Below, one piece after another: positions 27,422 to 40,900 of a stretch of 64,000 bases of DNA. The notes under the pieces are model-generated. The model ran no database searches. It was not told where the DNA came from and was given only the letters and a program-made list of their open reading frames with translations. A program made the translations under genes and the position numbers. Origin of the DNA: Octopus vulgaris (taxonomy: Eukaryota); contig OX597841.1 of assembly GCA_951406725.2 (NCBI GenBank), positions 26,412,001-26,476,000 of the forward strand. The letters are read 5' to 3'. Each line of letters begins with the position of its first letter. Positions within the stretch are counted from its first letter, which is position 1.

Positions 27422-27689
27422 CTTCAGACAAAGCGAAGAAGCATGAGTCGTTATGGAAACTTACCCTTTCTAGAAGTCCACAAGGACTTCCCAGCGTAGC
27501 TGATTGACTTCCGGTCAGTTAAGCTAGGAAATATTGATATTTTTTAAAATCTCTGATTGACCCTTTATATCGATCAAATAGGAGGTACATTGATGTGTTT
27601 AGGAAGCATCTTCCGTCGCAAGCGACGACTTCAATGATCTCAGTTGTCAAGTAAGCGTCCGGTTCATTAAAGCAGCTTGTAAATGTCTG

Positions 27690-28170
27690 AGAAATACACA
27701 GACAGGCATACCCTTAATGGAGAATCAGTGTCACACAGTGTGTTACAAAGTTTGAACGGCTGAGTACACCCCAGAATCATGTACCCTGAATCTAATGCTC
27801 GGGTAGACTCGTCGTGTCACAGTATTTGACAAGACTGGATCATCAAATTACGGATACATACCTTCTTGTATTCTGTAAATAAATGTGTATAACACAAACG
27901 CATGTACCCTTAATGTGTTGCTCGGGTAGACTCAAGAAAATACACAATTTGAAGCAAGACTCGAGCGTTAAATTACGGGTAGGTAGCATCTTCTTTCGGG
28001 TTTAAATAGTTGTGTATTCCTTCCATAAACGCATGTACTTGTAATATAATGCTCGGGTAGAATCAGTGTGACACACAGTATGTAAGAAGACTGGATCTTT
28101 AAATAAAGGGTACATACAATCTTTGTTAAGTTAACTGTCTGAGTATTCCACAGACGTGTACTCTTGGCTC
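27690..28170. repeat. Diverged tandem copies of a SINE-C tail-type-2 segment
   Basis: Recurrent gtacccttaa...ctcgggtaga...cacagt...aagactgga blocks similar to 43415-43505. Confidence 0.65.
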
Positions 28171-28283
28171 GGCAAAACTATAAGGCTTACAAAGAATAAG
28201 TCCTGGGGGTCGATTTTCTCGACTGAAGGCGGTGCTCCAGCATGGCCGCATTCAAATGACAAAAACAAATAAAAGCGTACATA

Positions 28284-28352
<69 letters not shown>

Positions 28353-28933
28353 GGCGGTGCCCCAGCATGGCCACAACTCGTGAGCTGAAACTAGATAAAA
28401 TAAAAAATAAAAAATATATATACACACACACATATATATATATGACAAGCTTCATTCTCTTTCTGTTTACCAAATACAGTTCTCAAGGCTTAATACAACT
28501 CAGGGCTATAGCAGATTTCATTTCCCTCGCTGCTATGCAATGGAATCGAAACCAAGACCATATGGACGGGAAGCCAGCTTCTTACCACACAACCACGCCT
28601 GCACCTATATCATCAATTTATTGGTTTCGTTTTTATTCCTTTTGGTGGGGGTCACGGTGAGAAGGGCCTGGTTTGAATTTTGAAAGTACAGAAGCGAAAC
28701 AGTTTTTTTGCGACGCATCTCTGACCGGGTGCACTTAGTATTCTGTGGATCCACCCGTTTCTGGATTCGTAGCGTTTGATATATCGAGCTGGAGAGGATG
28801 AAACGCAAAGATCACTTTTAAAAGGATTCGCATCGACGATTCCGTTAATTCCAACTGTATGTGTGGTTGCGTGTGGATGTTCCTTCTGTCAGGTGGAGTG
28901 TAGGTGGTGTGGGTGTGTGTGCATGTAAAGTGT

Positions 28934-28966
<33 letters not shown>

Positions 28967-29801
28967 AGTGTGTTTACTGATGTCGATTCATTCGATTAAA
29001 ATTTCTTGAAGGCGGTGCCCCAGCATGGTCGTAGTCTAATGACTGAAACAAGTAAAAGATAAAAGGCCTACCAAAGGCTTGCATCCTAGCCGCGTGGTTC
29101 CGGGTTCAGTCCCACTGCGTGGCCTGTTGGGCAAGTATTTTCTACTATAGCCTTGGGCTGACAAAAGCCTTGTGAGTCGAGTATTTGTTAGACGGAAACT
29201 GAAAGAAGCCCGTCATATATGTATTTGTGTGTGTGTGTGTTTGATTGTGTGTGTGTGTATGTGTGTGCACTCTCTCTTTCTCTCTCTCTCTCGCGCGCAC
29301 CCACACAAATACACACACACACACACACACACACATACACACACACGCACATATAGGTACTGGCGTGGCTGTGTGGTAAGAGTCAGGCCCTTTGAAATAA
29401 ACCTGCTTTTTCACCTCGGATGGGACACTATATGTGTGTATATATATAACAGTAATTTTATATTTGGTCACACACTTCGTAGCCTCGCACGTCATCGCTA
29501 ACAATTGATCCGATCAATGGAACAGTCAGGTCATGAAATCAATGTACAAGAGACCTAGTACTCCACAGATTCACGTACCCTCAACGTAGTTCTCAGGAAG
29601 ACCTTTCCATTCAACATCTCATCTACCTGCCAGCCTACCTCCCCACCTCTCGTCCCACCTACTATTCACCATTTATTGTTTTTGTACCTTATTGATTTTT
29701 AGAATAAGGTTTCTTTTATAGTATATGTTTTCTATATGGTGTGAATAACATCTTTCTTTATTGAATTGTTTAATGAGAGGTTCTTCTCTAAATTATATAA
29801 A

Positions 29802-29844
<43 letters not shown>

Positions 29845-30132
29845 CACACATGCATACATGTATACATTTATGGCTGTGTTATAAGAAGCTCATTTCCCAA
29901 CAATATGGTTCCTGGTCCAAACCCTTCAAGGCGGTGCTCCAGCATGGCCGCAATCAACTGAAACAAATAAAGGAACAGAACGTATATATATATATAATCA
30001 AGATTAATCAGCCGAAATTGCGAGGATGACCCGGTTCTTGACTGAAGATTGAAGGCTTCGAATGTCCCGTCCGTGTCTTTTGTATCGTCTTCTAAATGTT
30101 TTACGTTCTTGTACCAATTTGTATTTTTTTAC

Positions 30133-30212
<80 letters not shown>

Positions 30213-30214
<2 letters not shown>

Positions 30215-30705
30215 GCGAAATGCTTAGCGGTATTTCGTCTGCCGCTACGAGCTGAGTTCAAATTCCGCCGAGGTCGACTTTGCTTTTCATCCTTTTAAGG
30301 CGGCGAGCTGGCTGAATCGTTAGCACGCCGGGCGAAATGAGCAGCCGTATTTCGTCTGTCGTTACGTTCTGAGTTCAAATTCCGCCGAAGTCGACTTTGC
30401 CTTTCATCCTTTCGGGGTCGATTAAATAAGTACCAGTGACGCACCGGGGTCGATGTAATCGACTTAATACCTTTGTCTGTCCTTGTTTGTCCCCTCTATG
30501 TTTAGCCCCTTGTGGGTAGTAAAGAAATAGGTCTTTCGTCTGTCGTTACGTTCTGAGTTCAAATTCAGCCGAGGTCGACTTTATCTTTCATCATTTCGGG
30601 GTCGATAAATTAAGTACCAGTTACGCACCGGGGTCGATGTAATCGACTTAATCCCTTTGTCCTTGTTTGTCCCCTCTATGTTTAGCCCCCGTGAGCAATG
30701 AAGAA

Positions 30706-30708
<3 letters not shown>
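30213..30708 (+). mobile_element. SINE family B cluster (partial copy plus dimer)
   Basis: Head at about 30298; junction gaaatag|gtctttc at about 30530. Confidence 0.88.
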
Positions 30709-30737
<29 letters not shown>

Positions 30738-30970
30738 CTGTACTCTCTCTTTCTTTCTCCCTCACCCCCCCCCCCCCGTCATTAATACTTGTTCTTTCGC
30801 TGTCTACACTCACCTGATACAGCTGCTTTCACCTACGGAAACGCTTCCAGCCTTTCCATTCAACATCTCATCTACCTGCAAGCCTACCTCCCTACCTCTC
30901 GTCCCACCTACCTGACTGCCTACCTCCTTACCCACCCACCCACCCACCCATCCATCCATCTATCTGTCTG

Positions 30971-31040
<70 letters not shown>

Positions 31041-31522
31041 CGTCCATCCCTCTGTCTGTCTGTCTATTTGTCTGTGTATCTGTCTGTCTGCATGCTTGTT
31101 TGTCAGCTCGCATGCCTACCTATTTCTCCTTCCCTTTCTCCTTCCTCTTCCTCCCGTCTCCCTACCTATCTCGCTACCTGTCTATTTACCTGTCCAGCTT
31201 ATTTAGTTTTACCTGTCTTCAACAGTCCTTTCAATTCCCCTCACAGACTCCCTCACAAATTTGCTCCGTCTCTCACCCCCATCCCGTCCCATCTCCCGTC
31301 TCCGTCTGTCGGTGACTCTCTCTCTCTCTCTCTTTGCCTTTCTCTCCCTTTGTTCAGCTGTCTGTATGTCTGTCTATCTCTGCAATTTGTCCACGTGCTC
31401 TCCCTCCCTCTCCTACTCTCTCCCCTCCCCCTCTCTCTCCCCCGCTCAGTCGTCTGTCTGTCTCTCTTTCTCTCTCTAATTCTCTCACAAACATTCTGCC
31501 CCACCCTCAACACACATATCTC

Positions 31523-31560
<38 letters not shown>

Positions 31561-32026
31561 GCTTTCTTCCTACCTTTCTTTCTGTCTCTATCTCTCTGTC
31601 TCTCTCACACATACACACACACACACATACTATCACTCTTTCCCCCTCTTTCTTCCCCCCTTCCTCTTTCCTCCTCCTCCTCCTCCTCCTCTCTCACCAA
31701 CTTTCCCTATTTCTTCCCCCTTCCTCTTTTCTCCTCCTCCTCCTCCTCTCTCACAAACTTTCCCTCTTTCTTCCCCCCTTCCTCTTTCCTCCTCCTCCTC
31801 CTCCTCCTCCTCTCTCACCAACACGCTTCTATTCTTCATACATACTTTCTCTTCTTCACAATCCTTCTCACTCACTCCCTCCCCACCACCCTCTGACACA
31901 CACGCTACTTCTCTCTCTCTCTCTCCCTCTCTGTCTCTGTCATTCCCTCACTTACCCTACTCTCTTCCCCTCTCCATTACACACTACTTAACTATCATAC
32001 TTCTCTCAAACTCACACTCAAACATA

Positions 32027-32638
32027 CTCTTTACTCTTTCTCTTTTACTTGTTTCAGTCATTCGACTGCGGCCATGCTGGAGCACCGCCTTTAGTCGAGC
32101 AAATCGACCCCGGGACTTATTCTTTGTAAGCCCAGTACTTATTCTATCGGTCTCTTTTGCCGAACCGCTAAGTGACAGGGACGTAAACACACCAGCATCG
32201 GTTGTCAAGCAATGCTAGGGAGACAAACACAGACACACAAACATATACACACACACACATACATATATATACCATATATATACATATATACGACAGGCTT
32301 CTTTCAGTTTCCGTCTACCAAATCCACTCACAAGGCTTTGGTCGGCCCGGGGCTATAGCAGAAGACGCCTGCCCAAGATGCCACGCAGTGGGACTGAACC
32401 CGGAACCATGTGACTGGTTAGCAAGCTACTTACCACACAGCCACTCCTATATACATATATACGACGGGCTTCTTTCAGTTTCCGTCTACCAAATCCACTC
32501 ACAAGGCATTGGTCGGTCTCGGGGCTATAGCAGAAGACACTTGCCCAAGGTGCCACGCAGTGGGACTGAACCTGGAACCATGTGGTTGGCTACTTACTTG
32601 GTTAGCAAGCTACTTACCACACAGCCACTCCTGCGCCT
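32027..32638 (-). mobile_element. SINE family A 1.5-mer
   Basis: Two heads and one tail; same diagnostic bases as 6775-7310. Confidence 0.88.
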
Positions 32639-32850
32639 ATTGTTTTAAGGTATGGCCGTATGGTAAGAAGTCCCGGGTTCATTCCCACTGCAAGGCACCT
32701 TGGACAGGTGTCTTCTATATCCTTGGGTCGACCAAAGCCTTGTGACGCCTCCAAAGCCGTCGTGCACGCACACACACACACACACGCATGTATATACATA
32801 TGTGTGTGTATATGCTTGTATATGTAATATATGTATGTATATATAGAATG

Positions 32851-32917
<67 letters not shown>

Positions 32918-33174
32918 GCATTTGTGTATATATATATATATATATATGCACAGACAAATACATATATATATGTATATATATATGTATTTGTATATATATA
33001 TATACACAAATGCATATGTATTGATGTGTGTATATATATGTATTTGTATATATATATATATATCAATATATGTGCACACACAAATACATATATACATATA
33101 TGTATATATATGTATTTGAATACACACACACACACACACATATATATATACTACACACAAATACATATGTATTG

Positions 33175-33227
<53 letters not shown>

Positions 33228-33724
33228 TGTGTATGTATACATATTTCTATATGTATGTGTATATGTGTATAGGTATGTATACATGTGTGCAAATATGTCT
33301 AAATGTATTTTGTTTGCCCTTCATCACCGTTTGACGACCGGTGTTGGTTTGTTCACGTCACCGTAACGCAGCCACTCTTAAATAAATAAATAAATAAATA
33401 AATACATAAGTAAGTAAAATAAAAATTCAACACCAATGGAAGAAATACCTATCTTAAAGACATTAATAATTACAGGGGTTTTAATTCGGCAAGGTGGTGC
33501 CCCAGCATGGCCGCAGCTCAATGGTCTGAAACGAAAGATGTAAAATTAAAAAAAATTGTGTGTGTGTGTGCGTGTATGATACAAGTAAAATTTAAACGAT
33601 GCTGCAGCATGGCCGTATTTAAATAACTAAAAGAAGGCAAAAGTAAAGAATTACTGAATATGCAAACCCAGCCTTGTGTGTCTGTGTGTGTATTGTATGT
33701 TCTTAATCATTGTTATTGAATGTA

Positions 33725-34688
33725 AAGGCAGCGAGATGGCAGAGTGGTTAGCAGGCCGGGCGAAATGCGTAGCCGTATTTCGTCTGCCGTTACGTTCTGA
33801 GTTCAAATTCCGCCGAGGTCGACTTTGCCTTTCATCCTTTCGGGGTCGATAAATTAAGTATCAGTTACGCACTGGGGTCGATGTAATCGACTTAATACCT
33901 ATGTCTGTCCTTGTTTGTCCCCTCTGTGTTTAGCCCCTTGTGGGTAGTAAAGATATAGGGATTTCGTCTGACGCTATGTTCTGAGTTCAAATTCCGCAGG
34001 GGTCGACTTTACCTTTCATCCTTTCGGGGTCGATAAATTAAGTACCAGTTACACACTGAGGTCGATATAATTGACTTAATACCTATATCCGTCCTTGTTT
34101 GTCCCCTCTGTGTTTAGCCCCTTGTGGGTAGTAAAGAAATAGGTCTTTCATCTGCCGTTACGTTCCGAGTTCAAATTCTGCCGAGGTCGACTTTGCCTTT
34201 CATCCTTTCGGGGTCGATAAATTAAGTATCAGTTACGCACTGGGGTCGATGTAATCGACTTAATACCTATGTCTGTCCTAGTTTGTCCCCTCTGTGTTTA
34301 GCCCCTTGTGGGTAATAAAGAAATAGGTATTTCATCTGCTGTTATGTTCTGAGTTCAAATTCCGCAGAGGTCGACTTTACCTTTCATCCTTTCGGGGTCG
34401 ATAAATTAAGTACCATTTACGCAGTGGGGGTCGATATAATCGACTTAATCCATCTGTCTGTCTTTGTTTGTCCTCTCTATGTTTAGCCCCTTGTGGGTAG
34501 TAAAGAAATAGGTCTTTCGTCTGCCGTTACGTTCCGAGTTCAAATTCCGCCGAGGTCGACTTTGCCTTTCATCCTTTCGGGGTCGATAAATTAAGTACCA
34601 GTTACGCAGTGGGTTCGATGAGATGGACTTAATCCCTTTGTCTCTCCGTGTTTGTACCCTCTATGTTTAGACCCCTGTGGGCAATAAA
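33725..34688 (+). mobile_element. SINE family B pentamer
   Basis: One head and five ~184-bp units joined at gaaatag|gtatttc or a close variant. Confidence 0.92.
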
Positions 34689-35312
34689 TTTTTGTGTGTA
34701 GTGATTGAGTCTGTGTGTATGTGTATGTGTCTATGGTATGTAGTTAATCTTTGTTATTGAATATGTGTGTCTGTGTGTCTGGTGCGTGTGTCTGTGTTTG
34801 TGCGCATCTGTGGTAAGTAGCTTGCTTCGCAACCACATGGTTCCGGGTTCAGTCCCACTGCGTTGCACCTTGGGCAAGTGTCTTCTGCTATAGCCTCGGT
34901 TCGACCGACCGAAACCTTCTGAGTGGATTTGGAAAAAGGAAACTGAAGGAAGCCTGACACACACACACACACACACGCACATGCATGTATGTATCTATGT
35001 GTGTGTGTGTCTTTGTGTCTGTGTTTGTCCTATCACCATCGCTTGACAACCGGTGCTGGTGTGTTTACGTCCCCGTATTTCAGCGGGCCCGATTGAATAA
35101 TTTAGCAGTGTAATGAAAGAAAATATAATATAGAAATGTGTGTGTATGTGTGTATACATGTATATGAGTGTGTGTGTGTGTATACATGTATATGAGTGTG
35201 TGTATGTGTGTATACATGTATATGAGTGTGTGTATTTGTGGTTGTCTTAGAATCGCTTGACAGCTGGTGTCGGTTTGTTTATGTTCCTTAAAGAAGTACC
35301 AGGTTTTCAGAA

Positions 35313-35332
35313 GCAATAATAATAACAACAAC

Positions 35333-35415
<83 letters not shown>

Positions 35416-35437
35416 TAATAATAATAACAATAATAAC

Positions 35438-35535
<98 letters not shown>

Positions 35536-35574
35536 TAATAATAATAACAATAATAACAATAATAATAATAAGAA

Positions 35575-35606
<32 letters not shown>

Positions 35607-35616
35607 AGAAGAGGAA

Positions 35617-35708
<92 letters not shown>

Positions 35709-35785
35709 AGAAGAGGAAGAAGAAGAAGAGGAAGAAGAAGGAAAAGAAGAAGAAGAAGAAGAAGAAGAAGAAGAAGAAGAAGAAT
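35313..35785. repeat. (AAT)n followed by (AAG)n
   Basis: Directly visible. Confidence 0.95.
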
Positions 35786-35959
35786 AGGAACTGGTTTTGA
35801 TTTATTCCAACTAAAAATTCTTCAGTCGATGCCCCAGCAGGGCCGCAACGCAATGCAATGACTGAAAAAAAGTGAACGTCGAAACACACACACACACACA
35901 CACGCGCGCGCGGACACACGCACACACATTCAAAGACGTTTTAATACATACACAAATTC

Positions 35960-37448
35960 ACAAGTCTCTGCCTATCTTCCTCACATGCATTCTCCCTCCC
36001 TCCTCTCTCTCTCTTTTGTTCTTTTCGTTCTCTCTCTCTCCCGCTCTCTCTGTTTCTCTCTCTCTCTCTCATTCTCTCTGTCTTTTTTTCTCTCGTTTTT
36101 TTTCTGCCGTCTCTCGCACACACACACACACACACATACAAACACACACGTACACTCACACACACAGCTCGCTCGTTTACGCACACACACACATACACAC
36201 ACACACGTAAACTATTACCATCCCCTGTCTCTCACTCCTCGTCTCGCGGACGCGCTTTCTCTCCCTCCCTCCCTCCCTCTTTCTCCGTGTCTCAGTGTCT
36301 CTCTCTCACTTTCTCTCTTACGCGCAGACATACACTGTTTACTCTATCAAACTATCACCATCTCCCCCTCTCTCATCCACTCACAACCACCATTTCCTCC
36401 CCTTCCTTCTTACTGTCTATCTTTCTTTCCCTTACACACGCCTTCTCTCTCGCTCTCTCCCTTTCTCTGTCTGGTTCTCTCTCACACACTCTCTATACGT
36501 AATAACACTATCACCATCCCATCTCTCCCTCTCATCTCTCCCTAACAAACGCTATTCTTTCTCTCCCTCACACTCACTCTCTGTCTGTCTGCTCTTCCTT
36601 TCCCTCACTCACGCATTTTCCTTCCCGCTCCGTCTATCTGTCTGTCTCTCTCTCTCACCTCCCTCTCTCTCTCTGTCTTACACACGCTCCCGACTATACT
36701 CTCTCACCACCCTCACTCCCTTTCCTTCTCTCAAAGACGTCATTCCTCTCCCTCTCCGCCCTCTTTCTCTGTCTGTGTTTCCCTCTCACTCACTCACACT
36801 CTCTCTTTCTTTCTCTCTCGCTTTCACTCTCTGTCTTACACATAACCACCCTCCCTTCTTCTATCACCATACTCTCTCACACCCGTCCCTTCTCTCTCTC
36901 TCTCTTTTTTCTCCCCCTCTCTGTAACACAGACACACTCTGTAGTCTATCACAATATCACCATCCCCGTTCTCTTTCTCTGTTTCTCTCCCTCCCTCGTC
37001 TCTATTTGTGTCTTTCTCTCGTGCCCCCCCTCTCTTTCTCTTGCACAAAGACTCACACACTGCCTCTTTCTATCACACTATCACCTTACTCTCTCTCCTT
37101 CTCCCTCAATTCTCTCACATACACTTCTCGCTATACATACATACACATACATACACATACATACATACACATATATATGTATCCCACACGCACACTAACA
37201 CAACAAACTCAAACCAGCTTCACTCTCTCCCTCTCTCTCTGTCACTTTTACTCTCTCTCTCTCTCTTTCACCTTTATTCTCTCTCTCTCTCACAAACACA
37301 GACCTTTCACCAGCCTCCCTCTCTCACAAACACAGACCTTTCACCAGCCTCCCTCTCTTTGTCTTTCATCGTCTGCCAGGACACTCACCTCACTCCATCT
37401 CTCTCTTTCATAAAGATAGTTACTTTCTCTTCTATTAAACTATCGCCT

Positions 37449-37489
<41 letters not shown>

Positions 37490-37563
37490 TCTCACTCATA
37501 CACACATTCGTTCTCTCTTTCTCCTCCTCCCTTCCTCTCATAGACATCATTCCTCCTTTACGT

Positions 37564-37599
<36 letters not shown>

Positions 37600-38750
37600 A
37601 TACATACACTTACTTTCTCTTCTGTCAAAACTATCACCACTCTCTCTCTCTCTCTCTCTCTCACTCACACACACTCTCACTCTTTCTTTTTCTCCCCCTC
37701 TTCCTCTCATAGTCATCATTCCTCCCTTTCCTTTCACTCTCTCTCTCTGTTTCTTACAAACAGTTACTTTCTATTCCAACCAACCAACCACTTTCTCTCG
37801 ATATCTCTTACCCTTTCCTTTACACTCACAGACCCATTACCCATTTTCTTTTCTTTCTCTCTCTCTCTCTCTCTCTCTTTACCTTTCCCCTCTCTCCTTT
37901 CTCTTTCACGCAATCACTTTCTCTTAACCTCTCTCTCTTGTTCTCATACCTTCTCTGTCGCTCTCCCTCGCCTTTCCTCTCCCAGACACCACTTTCCGCC
38001 TCATTCGATCCAGCTCTCCCACTCACACCCAAACACATAACAACTACACACACTCTAGACTCTATCAGCTCCACTCACTCACTCACTCCCTGTCACACAC
38101 ACACACACTCTCTCGCTCTCCTATTCTCTCCCTATCACCCATACTCTCTCTCACTGTCTCACCCTTTCTCTCTTTCTCTCTCTCTCTCTCTCTCACACAC
38201 ACAAACACTTAATATTCTATCAAACATCATCGTATCTCTCTCTCCTCTCTCCATCTCTCCCACCCTCACACACTAACACACAACATCCACACACAAGACT
38301 CAATCAGCTCCACTCTCTCTCATACCCTTACTCTTTCACCCTACTCTCTCATACCCTTACTCTTTCACCCTACCCTCTCATACCCTTACTCTTTCACCCT
38401 ACCCTCTCATACCCTTACTCTTTCACCCTACTCTCTCATATCCTTACTTTTTCAACCTACTCTCTTATACTCTTACTCTTTCAACCTACTCTCTCTCTCT
38501 CATACCCTTACTCTTTCAACCTACTCTCTCCCTCTCTCATACTCTTACTCTTTCTATCTATCTACATATCCATCTATATATCAACTTATCTACCTATCTA
38601 CCGACCGACCGACCGACCTATCCACCTTCCTTCCTTTCCTACCTACCTACCTACCTACCTATCTCTCTACCTGTCTGTCTATCTATCTATCCATCCATCC
38701 ATCCATCCATCCATCTGTATATCTATCTATCTACCTTCCTCCACACGTCC
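35960..38750. repeat. CT-rich low-complexity pyrimidine domain, including a ~28-bp minisatellite at 38318-38550
   Basis: Strong pyrimidine skew on +; unit ctctcatacccttactctttcaccctac. Confidence 0.85.
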
Positions 38751-38808
38751 GACCCTAAACACAAACCTTAAACACAACTTAACGTGAAAAATATGATGTG
38801 CTTTGCAG

Positions 38809-38864
38809 ACATGCAACGAACAGCAATACCGGCTGAGAGGAATATGTACGATAATTTTGCCGCG
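38809..38864 (+). CDS. Candidate 56-nt internal exon (TCNEQQYRLRGICTIILPR or MQRTAIPAERNMYDNFAA)
   Basis: Branch-like cttaac, acceptor ctttgcag| and consensus donor CG|gtaagt; two frames open. Confidence 0.45.
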
Positions 38865-39035
38865 GTAAGTCTTCCCCTACCGTCACGTCGACGATGGCGA
38901 CGGCGGCCATTACGACGACGACGACGATAACAACAACAACAACAATAATAATAATAATGATAATGATGATGCTAATGATGATGATGATGGTGTTTATTAT
39001 TGTAATTATTACCATTATCATTACCGTTATTATTA

Positions 39036-39075
<40 letters not shown>

Positions 39076-39095
39076 TATCATTACCGTTATTATTA

Positions 39096-39135
<40 letters not shown>

Positions 39136-39188
39136 TATCATTACCGTTATTATTATTATCATCATTATTGTTATTATTATCATTATTA

Positions 39189-39234
<46 letters not shown>

Positions 39235-39390
39235 GGTTATTGCCTTTGTTGTTGTTGTAATTGTTGTTGTTGTTGTTGTCGGCGTGGAAGTCGCCGTCAA
39301 TGTCGTCGACCTCAGGGAACGTTGCTATTATTATCTATCATTCGCGTTACGGCATTCATTTATTTGTCAATGTTGTTTCAATATTTCTTG

Positions 39391-39421
<31 letters not shown>

Positions 39422-39510
39422 TGTATGTATGTGTGTTTATTGTGTGTGTGAGCGTGTGTCTTGGGTGTGTGGGTGGGTGGTAGCAGTGTCTGTTGACGTT
39501 TGCTATTGAA

Positions 39511-39581
<71 letters not shown>

Positions 39582-39745
39582 ATATATATATATATATACA
39601 TGTAAACATCATGTTTATATTATATATATATATATATGTCTGTAAATATTTGTGTACACGGGGTGTTTTGTATGTGATGGTGTGTGTGTGTATGCGTGTT
39701 GAGGAATGTTACCAACGTACGTTATTGAAAATATAAATACATGTA

Positions 39746-39808
<63 letters not shown>

Positions 39809-39915
39809 GGGAAATGTGAAGGGGACGGGTGGGTGGTGTGATAAGAGAAAAGAGAGATAAACAAAGACTTTATTAGTGTTATTATTATTGTTGTTATTAT
39901 CATCTCTTATCTTAC

Positions 39916-39975
39916 TCCGTTTCGCAACTCCGGGTACGGTCGGGTGCCGATCAAACCCGTCATCACCAACGCAGA
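39916..39975 (-). CDS. Candidate 60-nt exon (SALVMTGLIGTRPYPELRNG)
   Basis: GC-rich island, weak acceptor gggtag|, donor |gtaaga. Confidence 0.15.
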
Positions 39976-40379
39976 CTACCCGTAATGAAAGTAAGCAACA
40001 GCGTGCATAATCCACCCTCGGTGTATGGTCGTGCGTATATGTATGTGTATGTAAGTGAATATATATATATGTGTGTGTGTGTATGTATGTATAAATATAT
40101 ATATATATATATGTAAATATGTGTTTATAAACGATATATATATATATATATATGTGTGTGCACGCGTGTGTGTGTCCGAGTAAAGCCATGCTGGAGCACC
40201 GCATATTTCAGACTCTCCCGCCATCCGATACTCATCCGTTATGACAATAAGCATAGTATATATGTATGTGTACGGGTGCATATATATATATGTGTGTGTG
40301 TGTGTATGTGTGTGTATTTGTGTGTGTCTGGATGTATGTATAAATACATATACATATATGTTTTTGAATAAGTGAGGCT

Positions 40380-40458
<79 letters not shown>

Positions 40459-40723
40459 GTGTAAATACATAAATATAAGTGTGTATATATAGATACTCAT
40501 ATATATATATTTATATTTATATATATATATATATGAATTATATATATTTATATTTATATATATATATATATGAATGTATACATACATATGTATGTATATA
40601 TGTACATATTTATACACACACATATATATATATATATATAGGTTGTGCGTACATATACATCAAAAACAGTACGTATATATATATGAATATATATATGTGA
40701 ATATACGTATGTACGTATGCATG

Positions 40724-40765
<42 letters not shown>

Positions 40766-40851
40766 CATGCATATATATGTGAATAAGATGTATATGATGG
40801 AGTATATGTAAGTAGATAGATATATATGCAAAGCATATATAAATACATACA

Positions 40852-40900
<49 letters not shown>

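Noticed and set aside
28605-28860. Unique island with a 67-aa minus-strand ORF
   Set aside because: An acceptor-like site exists but there is no convincing donor or recognisable motif; left unannotated.
30005-30120. Possible hammerhead in a Penelope-like fragment (CCGAAATTGCGA, CTGAAGA); similar piece at 9440-9585
   Set aside because: Core boxes are incomplete or do not close stems II and III.
30789-32218. 400-aa and 294-aa Leu/Ser/Pro-rich ORFs (similar ones at 36295-37712)
   Set aside because: Pyrimidine-rich low-complexity DNA is depleted of stop codons.
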